Shown here: piece after piece, positions 1 through 8,400 of the stretch | Position numbering within the stretch: the first letter of the stretch is position 1 | How the letters are laid out: every line of letters starts with the position of its first letter | Source of the DNA: an uncultured delta proteobacterium | GTDB taxonomy: Bacteria > Desulfobacterota > Desulfobacteria > Desulfobacterales > Desulfosalsimonadaceae | Length of the DNA stretch: 64,000 nt | NCBI GenBank assembly: GCA_963826785.1 | Contig: CAWGYD010000006.1 | Span: forward strand, 224,001-288,000 | Direction of reading: 5' to 3' | Notes under the pieces: generated by a model | Databases searched by the model: none | Told to the model about the DNA's origin: nothing | Seen by the model: the letters and a program-made list of their open reading frames with translations, nothing else | Made by a program: the position numbers and the translations under genes

Positions 1-1421
1 TCCCACTTGTCCTTTTCATCTAAGGCCCTTTCAAACACGGGCGGGGAATAGCAGGCATAATTGTGCACGGACAGGGCATGGAAGAAAAAATCATAGTGGC
101 CGTGGCACAGAATCGATGCGGGCGGCAGGATCACGTGGGCATGCCGGGTGGACTCGTTGATGTAATAGTCGACCGACACCATGAAATCGAGTCCGGCCAG
201 GGCCGCATCCAGCCGATCGCTTTGGGGGGTGGCCACCACGGGATTTCCGGCAACGGTGAGCAGCGCGCGGATCCGGCCTTCGCCTTCGGTTTCCATTTCT
301 TCGGGCATCACGGCCACCGGCAGTTCCCCGGAGACTTCCGGTGCGCCGGACACCCGGGACGTAAAGCGCCCCACCGCATACCCTTTTCGGGGAATGCTGC
401 CGTCCGGGAGATGGGCCGGCCGGACAAACATCGTCCCGCCTTCCCGGTCCAGGTTGCCCGTCAGGATATTGATCACCTCGATCAGCCAGGAACTCACCGT
501 GCCGTATTTTACCGTGCTGGTGCCCATACGGCCGTAGACCGCACAGGTATTCGCCCGGGCAATCTGCCGGGCCAGCGCGGCAATCTGATCCGGGGCAATG
601 CCGCAAAAAGCGGCGGCTTTTTCGGGTGTAAAGGGTTTTACCGCTTGCCTGAGCAATTCGGCATCATCGATGAATGCATCAATATGCCCTGTTTTTACCA
701 GGCTTTCTGAGAACAGGACGTTCACCAGGGCCAGCAGCAGGTAGACGTCGGCTCCAGGCCGGATGAACAAATGACGGTCTGCCGCTTCTGCGGTGCGGGT
801 CCTGATCGGGTCGATGACAATCAGTTTTCCGCCCCGCTTCTTAAGCGCCCGGATGCGGCCGGGCATATCCGGTGCGGTCATCAGGCTGCCGTTGGAGACA
901 AACGGATTGGCCCCGAACACCACGAACAGATCGGTGCGGTCGATATCGGGTATGGGGATCCGCATGGGGCTGCCGTAGAGAAATCCGCAGGCGGCCATCT
1001 TGGGCATCTGGTCGACGGTGCTGGCCGTGTAGAAATTTTTCGTCTTGAACGCCTTGATCAGCGGCCGTATGAACACGCCGCCGGCCATGGTGTGGGTGTT
1101 GGGATTGCCCAGGTATACCGCCACGGCATCGTTGCCGCCGGCCTGTCGAACGGCGGTGAGTTTCTCTTCCACCCGGGCGAGAGCTTCGCCCCAGCTCGCC
1201 GGTCGGAATTTTCCATCCTCCCGGATCATGGGCTGCCGCAGCCGGTCGGGATCCTCGTGCAGATCCTTCAACGCGATCCCCTTGGGGCAGCAAAATCCTT
1301 TGCTCATCGGGTTTTGCTCATCCCCGCGGATTTTTTCCACGCGATTTCCGGAAATGGTAATGGCAAGCCCGCACCCGGCTTCGCACAGGGGGCAGATTCG
1401 AAAAGCAGTTCTGGTATTCAT
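1..1421 (-). CDS. Molybdopterin-dependent oxidoreductase catalytic subunit (MopB/DMSO reductase superfamily), partial, runs off left edge
   Basis: Not in the ORF track. Manual translation from ATG 1421 (AGGAG upstream) gives MNTRTAFRICPLCEAGCG...FCCPKG (4Fe-4S motif), GANPFVSNGSL, VIDPIRT and FIRPGAD; the frame is open to the window edge. Confidence 0.9.
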   Translation of the reverse strand, partial: MNTRTAFRICPLCEAGCGLAITISGNRVEKIRGDEQNPMSKGFCCPKGIALKDLHEDPDRLRQPMIREDGKFRPASWGEALARVEEKLTAVRQAGGNDAVAVYLGNPNTHTMAGGVFIRPLIKAFKTKNFYTASTVDQMPKMAACGFLYGSPMRIPIPDIDRTDLFVVFGANPFVSNGSLMTAPDMPGRIRALKKRGGKLIVIDPIRTRTAEAADRHLFIRPGADVYLLLALVNVLFSESLVKTGHIDAFIDDAELLRQAVKPFTPEKAAAFCGIAPDQIAALARQIARANTCAVYGRMGTSTVKYGTVSSWLIEVINILTGNLDREGGTMFVRPAHLPDGSIPRKGYAVGRFTSRVSGAPEVSGELPVAVMPEEMETEGEGRIRALLTVAGNPVVATPQSDRLDAALAGLDFMVSVDYYINESTRHAHVILPPASILCHGHYDFFFHALSVHNYACYSPPVFERALDEKDKW

Positions 1422-1570
1422 GGCGCTCCTTTTTTATTTGGCTTCTTCAATCATCCGCAGCAGAACAGCAGAAGCATTCGTCTTGCGAAGAACGTAAAAA
1501 ACGGTATTATATAGTATAATTTCGGGTATGACAAATTCTATAACTGGTGTTGCACGAAAGGAGAGCTGTC

Positions 1571-2116
1571 ATGAAGCGTTTAGCACTTGTAGTGATGTTT
1601 TTTTTCCTGTCCGCCACAACCGCATTTTCCGAGGGTTTCACCCTCACCAGTCCCGATGTTTCCGGGCAGTTGTCAAAAGCACAGGTCTATTCCGGATTCG
1701 GGTGCACCGGGAAGAATATCTCGCCCGCCCTTTCCTGGAAAAACGCTCCCGAAGGGACCCGGAGTTTTGCCGTGACCGCCTATGACCCGGATGCGCCCAC
1801 GGGCAGCGGATGGTGGCACTGGATCATATTCAACATCCCGGCCTCCGTTCATGAGCTCAAAGCCGGCGTGGGCAACCCGGATAAAAATCTTGCCCCCGAA
1901 GGCGCCGTCCAGAGCATCAACAGCTATGGAAAGCAGGGCTACGGCGGAGCCTGTCCGCCCGAGGGGGCGCCGGCCCACCGCTACATCTTCACGGTCTATG
2001 CGTTAAAAACAGACAAGCTGGATATGGGGCCGTCCACCCAGGCGCCCCAGGTGGGTTTTGCCCTGCATCAGAACGCACTGGCCAAAGCCTCCGTTATCGG
2101 CTACTATGGCAGATAG
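1571..2116 (+). CDS. YbhB/YbcL family (PEBP/Raf kinase inhibitor-like) exported protein
   Basis: Signal peptide MKRLALVVMFFFLSATTAFS; motifs NISPALSW, DPDAPTGSGWWHW, YGGACPP, HRYIFTVYAL; AGGAG RBS. Confidence 0.92.
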   Translation: MKRLALVVMFFFLSATTAFSEGFTLTSPDVSGQLSKAQVYSGFGCTGKNISPALSWKNAPEGTRSFAVTAYDPDAPTGSGWWHWIIFNIPASVHELKAGVGNPDKNLAPEGAVQSINSYGKQGYGGACPPEGAPAHRYIFTVYALKTDKLDMGPSTQAPQVGFALHQNALAKASVIGYYGR

Positions 2117-2132
2117 AAAACAGCCGACAGCC

Positions 2133-2978
2133 ATGACCCGAGACATCATCGCAGACAGCTGGGCAGCCCTCCAGGAAGAACTCTTCCGGGAATCCTGGAA
2201 TGAGAGCATTTCACGATTCAGGTCGCCCTTTGTTTTCCGGGGACTGTCGGACGCCTCCTATCGGCTGCTGACCTCCCTGATCCGCCTGGGCGGGCCTTAC
2301 CCCACCCTGGAGCGGCACCTGCTGCGCAATTTCCGGAAATACGCCCAGAACATTCCCCAGGCCTTTTCATCTTTCTGGCAGCTGCTGTCCATCGCCCAGC
2401 ACTACGGGCTTCCCACCCGCCTGATGGACTGGACCTATTCCCCATGGGTGGCGCTCCATTTCGCCACGGCCAATCATGAACGCTACGATCTGGACGGGGT
2501 GATCTGGATGGTCAATTTCCAGCAGACCCATGAACGGCTGCCCGAAGACATGCGCTCGCACCTGCACAGGGAAGGCGCCCAGGCGTTTACGGTGGAGCTT
2601 CTCACCAGTTTGTCCAAATTCCGCGCCGACAGCTGCACCACGGATGACACCACCTTCTATGACGTGATCCAGACGCTGGAGGAATTCGACCGGGTGGCCG
2701 ACAGCGAGGAGTTCCTGATGTTTTTCGAGCCGCCTTCTTTAGACGAGCGGATCATCAACCAGTTCGCCCTGTTTTCGGTCATGCCCAATCCGAGACGGGC
2801 AATCGACGAATGGCTGGACCGGCGTCCCGAACTGTACCGGCGCATCATCATCCCTGCGGCCATGAAATGGGAATTCAGGGACAAGCTGGACCAGTGCAAC
2901 ATCACCGAACGGGTTTTGTTCCCCGGCCTGGGAGGACTGAGCACCTGGCTGCGGCGGCATTACAGCCCGAAAAATTGA
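2133..2978 (+). CDS. FRG domain-containing protein
   Basis: FVFRGLSD and AQHYGLPTRLMDWTYSPWVALHFA signature; alternative ATG at 2106. Confidence 0.88.
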   Translation: MTRDIIADSWAALQEELFRESWNESISRFRSPFVFRGLSDASYRLLTSLIRLGGPYPTLERHLLRNFRKYAQNIPQAFSSFWQLLSIAQHYGLPTRLMDWTYSPWVALHFATANHERYDLDGVIWMVNFQQTHERLPEDMRSHLHREGAQAFTVELLTSLSKFRADSCTTDDTTFYDVIQTLEEFDRVADSEEFLMFFEPPSLDERIINQFALFSVMPNPRRAIDEWLDRRPELYRRIIIPAAMKWEFRDKLDQCNITERVLFPGLGGLSTWLRRHYSPKN

Positions 2979-3037
2979 GGGGCGGCAACAAAGATGGGGA
3001 AAAACGAAGGGCTTGATAATATTTGCCGAGTCGCCGG

Positions 3038-3157
3038 AACACCCCCCTGGCCCCCCTCGAGGGGGGAATAAATTATCATAAATTAAAAATTCCCCCCTCG
3101 AGGGGGGAATAAATATGTTGATGCATTCCCCCCTTGAGGGGGGCGAAGGGGGGTGTT
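3038..3157. repeat. REP/BIME-like cluster of three CCCCCCTCGAGGGGGG palindromes, outer units inverted
   Basis: AACACCCCCCTGGCCCCCCTCGAGGGGGGAAT at 3038, core copy at 3089-3110, near reverse-complement copy at 3125-3157; lies between convergent genes. Confidence 0.85.
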
Positions 3158-3189
3158 AAATCGCGGCCGGCAGGCAATACTCAAATTTC

Positions 3190-3222
3190 GCAGGGGTCCG
3201 TCAAACAGGACGGGACCCCTGC
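3190..3222. terminator. Stem-loop between convergent FRG gene and iscS, putative terminator
   Basis: GCAGGGGTCC-GTC...GAC-G-GGACCCCTGC inverted repeat just past the iscS stop; U-tract is weak. Confidence 0.55.
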
Positions 3223-3233
3223 AAAGAAATGGA

Positions 3234-4409
3234 TCAGGCGGAATGTTTTTCCTTGTACAGCGGGGACATGTTGCGCAGGGTCTTGACCGTCTGCTGAAGC
3301 GATTTTAAAAACCGGTCCACATCGTCTCTGGTGTTTTCAAGGCCCACCGAAAGCACCAGCGTCCCCTGAGCGTCCGCGTGGCTCAGTCCCAGGGAGAGCA
3401 GCACATGGGAGGCCCGCAGGCTGCCGGTGGCGCAGGCCGATTTGGTGGAAACGGCGAAATCCTCCTCATCTAGCATCAGCATCACGCTTTCGCCCTCGAT
3501 GTACTTTACGGATACGGACAGCAGGTAGGGCAGGCTGAACTCGGGATGGGTGTTGACGATGCATTCATCCACATACTTGGGCAGTTCGTCCATCAGGTAC
3601 TGCTTCAGGCCGGAGAGATAAGCATACCGGTCATCCATATCCCGGACGGCCAGTTCCGCCGCTTTTCCCATGCCGATGATGCCGATGAGGTTTTCCGCAC
3701 CGCCTCGCTTGTTGTTCTCCTGCACCCCGCCTTCCAGCAGGGGAAAAATGCGGGTGCCCCGGCGGATGTAGAGCCCACCCGCGCCGGTGGGGCCGTAGAA
3801 GGTGTTTGAAGCGAAACTGAGCAAATCCACGTTGAGCTTGTTGACATCGATGGGCATCACCCCCACGGAGTCCACGGCATCCGTATGAAACAAAACCTTT
3901 TTCGCCCGGGTGATCTTCCCGATTTCTTCGATGGGCTGCAGCGTCCCGGTTTCGTTGTTGCTGTGCATGATCGATACCAGGATGGTCTTGTCGGTGATGG
4001 CGTTTTCCACATCAGCGGGATTGACCCTTCCGGTCGTATCCACCGGCAGGGAGGTCACTTTGTATCCATACGCCTTGAGCCGCTTGACGCTGCGGATCAC
4101 CGCATTGTGCTCGATATTGGTGGTAACGATATGGTTTCCGGTTTCCCGGTTGGCCATGGCCACCCCTTTGATGGCGTGGTTGACCGACTCGGTCCCGCCG
4201 GAGGTGAATACGATTTCTTTAGGGCTTTCCGCATTGATGAGCCTGGCCACGGTTTCCCGGGCGGCCTCGATTTTTTCGGCCGCAGCCTCACCGGCCTTGT
4301 GCTGGCTGGAAGGGTTGTGAAAGTCCCCCTCGATCGCCTCGATCATGACCTTTTTGACTTCCGGCAGCAGCGGGTTGGATGAAATATGATCAAAATTGGT
4401 TATCCGCAT
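3234..4409 (-). CDS. iscS: IscS/NifS-like cysteine desulfurase homolog, non-canonical (PLP lysine replaced by Thr)
   Basis: FTSGGTESVN, EHNAV, NNETGTLQP and SACATGS...SHVL motifs; SFASNTFYGPTG where SxHKxYGPKG is expected; directly downstream of iscU. Confidence 0.88.
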   Translation of the reverse strand: MRITNFDHISSNPLLPEVKKVMIEAIEGDFHNPSSQHKAGEAAAEKIEAARETVARLINAESPKEIVFTSGGTESVNHAIKGVAMANRETGNHIVTTNIEHNAVIRSVKRLKAYGYKVTSLPVDTTGRVNPADVENAITDKTILVSIMHSNNETGTLQPIEEIGKITRAKKVLFHTDAVDSVGVMPIDVNKLNVDLLSFASNTFYGPTGAGGLYIRRGTRIFPLLEGGVQENNKRGGAENLIGIIGMGKAAELAVRDMDDRYAYLSGLKQYLMDELPKYVDECIVNTHPEFSLPYLLSVSVKYIEGESVMLMLDEEDFAVSTKSACATGSLRASHVLLSLGLSHADAQGTLVLSVGLENTRDDVDRFLKSLQQTVKTLRNMSPLYKEKHSA

Positions 4410-4431
4410 CAGTCTTCCCCGGCTTTCTGGT

Positions 4432-4944
4432 TTAGTGTTCTTCGGTCAGATCATGCTGGCACGCCTCACAGAACGTGGTGGACGGCTGGATCTGAACATC
4501 GCAGTAGGGGCAATAGCATTTTTCGCCATGGGAATGCTCGTGCTCGTCTTTACGGACCGGTTCGGGACGGGTCTTTCCGGATTTCCGGTCCTCGTAGTTC
4601 TGAATGGCCATGTGCAGCGCATCCGCGCCCAGGTTGGAACAGTGCATCTTGTTCTTGGGAAGCCCTTCCAGGGCTTCTGCCACGTCCTTGTTGGTGATCT
4701 TCTTGGCTTCTTCGATGGTCTTTCCTCTGGCGATCTCGGTGAGCATGCTCGACACCGCGATGGCGGACCCGCAGCCGAACGTCTGGAATTTGATGTCCTC
4801 GATCTTTTCATCGCTGATCTTGAGATAAATGGTCATCATGTCCCCGCACAGCGGATTTCCAACCTCGCCCACGCCATTGGCATCCTCGATGACCCCGACA
4901 TTCCTGGGGTTCTTGAAATGATCCATAACGACTTTGTTGTACAT
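4432..4944 (-). CDS. iscU: Fe-S cluster scaffold IscU/NifU-N with C-terminal His-rich and CxxC...CxxC extension
   Basis: DHFKNPRNVG, GNPLCGD, FGCGSAIA, KMHCSNL; tail HEHSHGEKCYCPYC-x10-CEAC. Confidence 0.92.
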   Translation of the reverse strand: MYNKVVMDHFKNPRNVGVIEDANGVGEVGNPLCGDMMTIYLKISDEKIEDIKFQTFGCGSAIAVSSMLTEIARGKTIEEAKKITNKDVAEALEGLPKNKMHCSNLGADALHMAIQNYEDRKSGKTRPEPVRKDEHEHSHGEKCYCPYCDVQIQPSTTFCEACQHDLTEEH

Positions 4945-5286
4945 GATAAGTTCCTCCGAAACCGTATATATTTATTACTAAAACGTAAACACGATCGATC
5001 AATTGTAAAGAAAGGCCGAATCCGGGGAAAAGCGCGGCAGGGCATCCCTTATGCTTTTTTCCCCCGGTCGATCGGCTATCCATTATTTTTAAAACCAATC
5101 AGATAACAAACTACAAGGAAATCAAAATGTCAATTGATCATTTGATGGGAGTCGATCCGGACGGATCGGGAACGGACCCGCTGCGTTTTCATGAGTTTGC
5201 AGACGGCCGGCGGGTGCTGAGGACACCGTCCATGGAACCCGGGCGAATTTAACTTCACGGCCGGTTTTTGTCCGGGAGAGGGCCGC

Positions 5287-6516
5287 CTAAAGATTGCCGG
5301 CCAGGCGGAGCTGATTTTTATTCAAAGCCAGCCGGAGTTTATCCTGAACCAGTTCATGGGTCTTTTCCCGGAAGGGGACATACACCAGCTGCGCTTTTTT
5401 GGGGCGGATGGAAATCCTGGGCAGCAGCTCGGGAATCGACTCCCGGGGCCGCAGAAAGGCTGTCAGCATCAGCTTTAAGCTTTGGAGGGCTTCGGTGACA
5501 TCCAGGTTCACCGATACCATGCGGCCCCTGGGCATATTTTTAACCAGTTCCCGTTGCAGCTGGGCATGGGTCATGCCGGTGGAAAGCGCCAGAAAGGTCT
5601 GCGGCCGCACTTTAAAGGCCATGGCCCAGAAGGTAAACGGCTGGTTTTCCATATCCGGCTGCACCACTTTCGGCAGGTTGGCCGCGCGCACCAGATCGGC
5701 ATAGGTGTTTAACGCAATCCCGTTCGTTTCCGCACGGATCCGCCAGAAGGGGAGATAGACCACATCCGCCCCCGCCTCGGGGATATGGGCTGCGCTGATG
5801 GGTTTGAGCCGACCGTCTGCGGGTTTCCAGGAGGTTTCACAATTCCGGCAGCACAGGACCGACGAGTCCCGGTGGCCCTCCAGGTCCCATCCGCAGGCCG
5901 GGCACAGGGTGGGAATGAATTGGATTCCCCAGTCGGGCCGATCACCGGAAAACGCATCCAGGGAGAAGTCATCATCTGCCATTACAGCCGGGACCGGCCG
6001 GTCGAGGATGCCGTCATAGAGGCGGCCGCTGAGGTAAAAGGGGGAGTAGATCAGGCTGGCGGACTCGCCGATAAAGGTTTTGTAGATGATCGGCTTGGGA
6101 AATGCCGGATCATACCGGCGGGAAATGGATTTCAGCACTTCGGACATAGGCTGGACCGGTTTTAAAAACCGGCCGTTATCCTCCGGGGTGACGAACTTGA
6201 GCTTCAGCGCCTGGCTCCGGATGCCCACGGATACCGGAAAATACCGCGAAGATATGGCCTGGTGGCTGACATCGACAAACCGGTGCTTCACCCCGGCCGG
6301 CACCGATGCAAACAGCATCCCCTTGTAATGCCAGAAGGGAAAATAGACCAGCCCCTCTTTATCCGGATTCTTCGGCACAAACCGGTAGCGGAACACCCCC
6401 CGGGCCGTCAAATAGGATTTCACCCGGCAGAAGGCGCAGGAAAACAGACGGTCGGTTTGCTCCAGGGTGGCCGGCGCCCCGCACTGGGGGCACTCATAGG
6501 AAATCTGATAGCCCAC
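5287..6516 (-). CDS. Hypothetical protein with two zinc-ribbon-like Cys clusters
   Basis: CPQC...CAFC at the N-terminus and CPAC...CRNC internally; GTG start 3 bp after the SPFH gene stop. Confidence 0.75.
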   Translation of the reverse strand: MGYQISYECPQCGAPATLEQTDRLFSCAFCRVKSYLTARGVFRYRFVPKNPDKEGLVYFPFWHYKGMLFASVPAGVKHRFVDVSHQAISSRYFPVSVGIRSQALKLKFVTPEDNGRFLKPVQPMSEVLKSISRRYDPAFPKPIIYKTFIGESASLIYSPFYLSGRLYDGILDRPVPAVMADDDFSLDAFSGDRPDWGIQFIPTLCPACGWDLEGHRDSSVLCCRNCETSWKPADGRLKPISAAHIPEAGADVVYLPFWRIRAETNGIALNTYADLVRAANLPKVVQPDMENQPFTFWAMAFKVRPQTFLALSTGMTHAQLQRELVKNMPRGRMVSVNLDVTEALQSLKLMLTAFLRPRESIPELLPRISIRPKKAQLVYVPFREKTHELVQDKLRLALNKNQLRLAGNL

Positions 6517-6519
6517 GGA

Positions 6520-7689
6520 TCACAGTTTTTCGCCGCACTGGTTGCAAAACATGGCTTTGGGCAGGTTTTCGCTGCCGCAATTGCCGCATTTCTTCGGGCC
6601 CGGTTTCTCTTCGGCACCGGTCCCGCACCGGGGGCAGAAACGGGCGTTGGCGGACAGGTTCTTTCCGCAGTTCTGGCATTGACGGATGACCAGCTGCTGG
6701 TGGCCGCAGAAGGGGCAGAATTTGGCCTCCGCGGGAATCGTCCCCCGGCAGTCGGGGCATGAGGCAGTGCCGGCCGGCGACGGTCCGGGTCCGGGCGCGC
6801 CCGGGCCGGACGGCATGCCGCCTCCGGAGGGATTTGGACCGGCCCCGGCGAAATACTGCGCGAACATGGCCGGCATCATGAATCCCATCCCCATGCCCAT
6901 TCCCTGCCCGGCGCCGCCTTCCGCAGAGGCGGCTTTTTCCATGGCCATGGCCGCCTTCATCTGCATCAGCTTGTTCATATCGCCAAATACCCCCATGCGG
7001 CTGCGGTCGTCGATGGCCTGCTGGACCTCGGGGGGCGGGGTGATGGCATTGATATACAGGTGGTTGAGCCCCAGACCGAAATGGCTGAAATCTTCTGCCA
7101 GCCGTCCGGCAAGCTTTTCGGACAGCTCGTCATACCGGGAAGGGAGGTTTAAAATGGAATCGATGGTTTCGCCCATGTAATCGTTGAACCGGGACACGAT
7201 CACCCGGTTTAAGTATTCCTCCACCTCGGCGGTGGTGAAAATTCCCTGGGTGCCCACCATGGAATTGACGAACAGGACCGGCTGGACCACCTGCAGGTTG
7301 AATATCCCGAAAGCCCGCAGCCGGATCAGGCCCAGTTCGGAATCCTTGAATGCCACCGGGTCCCGGGTCCCCCATTTCAGGTTGGTGAAGACCTTCATGT
7401 TGACGAAATAGACTTCCGCCCGAAGGGGACTGCTCAGCGCCCAGGGGATGGACATGATCTTGTTGAGCACGGGGATATTGCCGGTCTTTAAAGTATGCCG
7501 GCCCGGTCCGAAAGCTTCGATGGCGTGTCCCTTGTAGAAGAACACCGCCGCCTGGCTGTCCCGGACGGTCAGCTGGGCCCCCCACTTGATTTCACCGGAG
7601 CCCTGCTCCGGGATGCGGTGGACCAGGGATATGCCGGTATCATCAAACCATTCGATATTCTCAAGAAAAATGACATTGTCCATTCCCAT
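6520..7689 (-). CDS. SPFH/Band-7 (YdjI-like) domain protein with C-terminal zinc ribbons
   Basis: QLTVRDSQAAVFF, FGPGRHTL, EVYFVN, KWGTRDP, LRAFG; three CxxC-x10-CxxC units at the C-terminus. Confidence 0.88.
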   Translation of the reverse strand: MGMDNVIFLENIEWFDDTGISLVHRIPEQGSGEIKWGAQLTVRDSQAAVFFYKGHAIEAFGPGRHTLKTGNIPVLNKIMSIPWALSSPLRAEVYFVNMKVFTNLKWGTRDPVAFKDSELGLIRLRAFGIFNLQVVQPVLFVNSMVGTQGIFTTAEVEEYLNRVIVSRFNDYMGETIDSILNLPSRYDELSEKLAGRLAEDFSHFGLGLNHLYINAITPPPEVQQAIDDRSRMGVFGDMNKLMQMKAAMAMEKAASAEGGAGQGMGMGMGFMMPAMFAQYFAGAGPNPSGGGMPSGPGAPGPGPSPAGTASCPDCRGTIPAEAKFCPFCGHQQLVIRQCQNCGKNLSANARFCPRCGTGAEEKPGPKKCGNCGSENLPKAMFCNQCGEKL

Positions 7690-7728
7690 GGGCCAATCCC
7701 TCCTTTTTTCCGTTCGATGGAAGCGCTT

Positions 7729-8121
7729 CTATGGCATCAGGTTGGGGGCGCAGTTGATCAGGGCCGCACGTTCGAGTGCATTTTCCCGATCCTGCTGTAC
7801 CTTCATGTAGGATTCCGAGGAAATCATTTTGATAAACGCAGCCTTGGAGGGATATTCCACCAGGAGCACGTAATCCCATTCATCGCTATTCGTCCCGATG
7901 AACACATGGTTGACGTTTCCGGCCCAGACGACTTTCGCCCCGACCTCCTTTAACAGCGGAAAGACATTTTCGGAATACCGCCGGTAGGACTGGCGGCCGG
8001 ACATGGATCCGTCATCCACTGTTTCCTTGAACTTCAGCAGGTTGACCATGACCATGGGGCCTGCATCCGGCGCGTTGATAAACGCGTCAAACTGCGCTTT
8101 CGTGGGATTGACCGGGCTCAT
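7729..8121 (-). CDS. DUF1330 family protein
   Basis: PMVMVNLLKFK, WDYVLLVEYPSKAAF, RENALE pattern. Confidence 0.8.
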   Translation of the reverse strand: MSPVNPTKAQFDAFINAPDAGPMVMVNLLKFKETVDDGSMSGRQSYRRYSENVFPLLKEVGAKVVWAGNVNHVFIGTNSDEWDYVLLVEYPSKAAFIKMISSESYMKVQQDRENALERAALINCAPNLMP

Positions 8122-8400
8122 TTACGCTCCTTTCACTGCACGTGACAATACTTGGATGAAATATCCATATAAAATCAAATTCGTATTAAAAGAGATCCTT
8201 TAGAAGATGCTATTTGCGCCGCCCGATTTTGTCAAGCCCTTTACTGATGTTGCCTTTGAGCATTCCTGACGGTCGCAATTTGATGGGCGCACCGGAATGT
8301 TTATGATGTTAGAAAACCCTTTTGCCGATCCCGGATTCGGGCGCCATTTCCTGAAAGGACATGGCTTCGGGCAATGAAACCAAAGAGAAAAAGGAGACCG

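Noticed and set aside
63..1514. Plus-strand ORFs 63-710 and 771-1514
   Set aside because: Antisense shadows of the minus-strand molybdopterin oxidoreductase.
4396..5106. 236-aa plus-strand ORF and similar long antisense ORFs (e.g. 15619-16545, 32331-33512)
   Set aside because: High-GC antisense shadows of well-supported genes.
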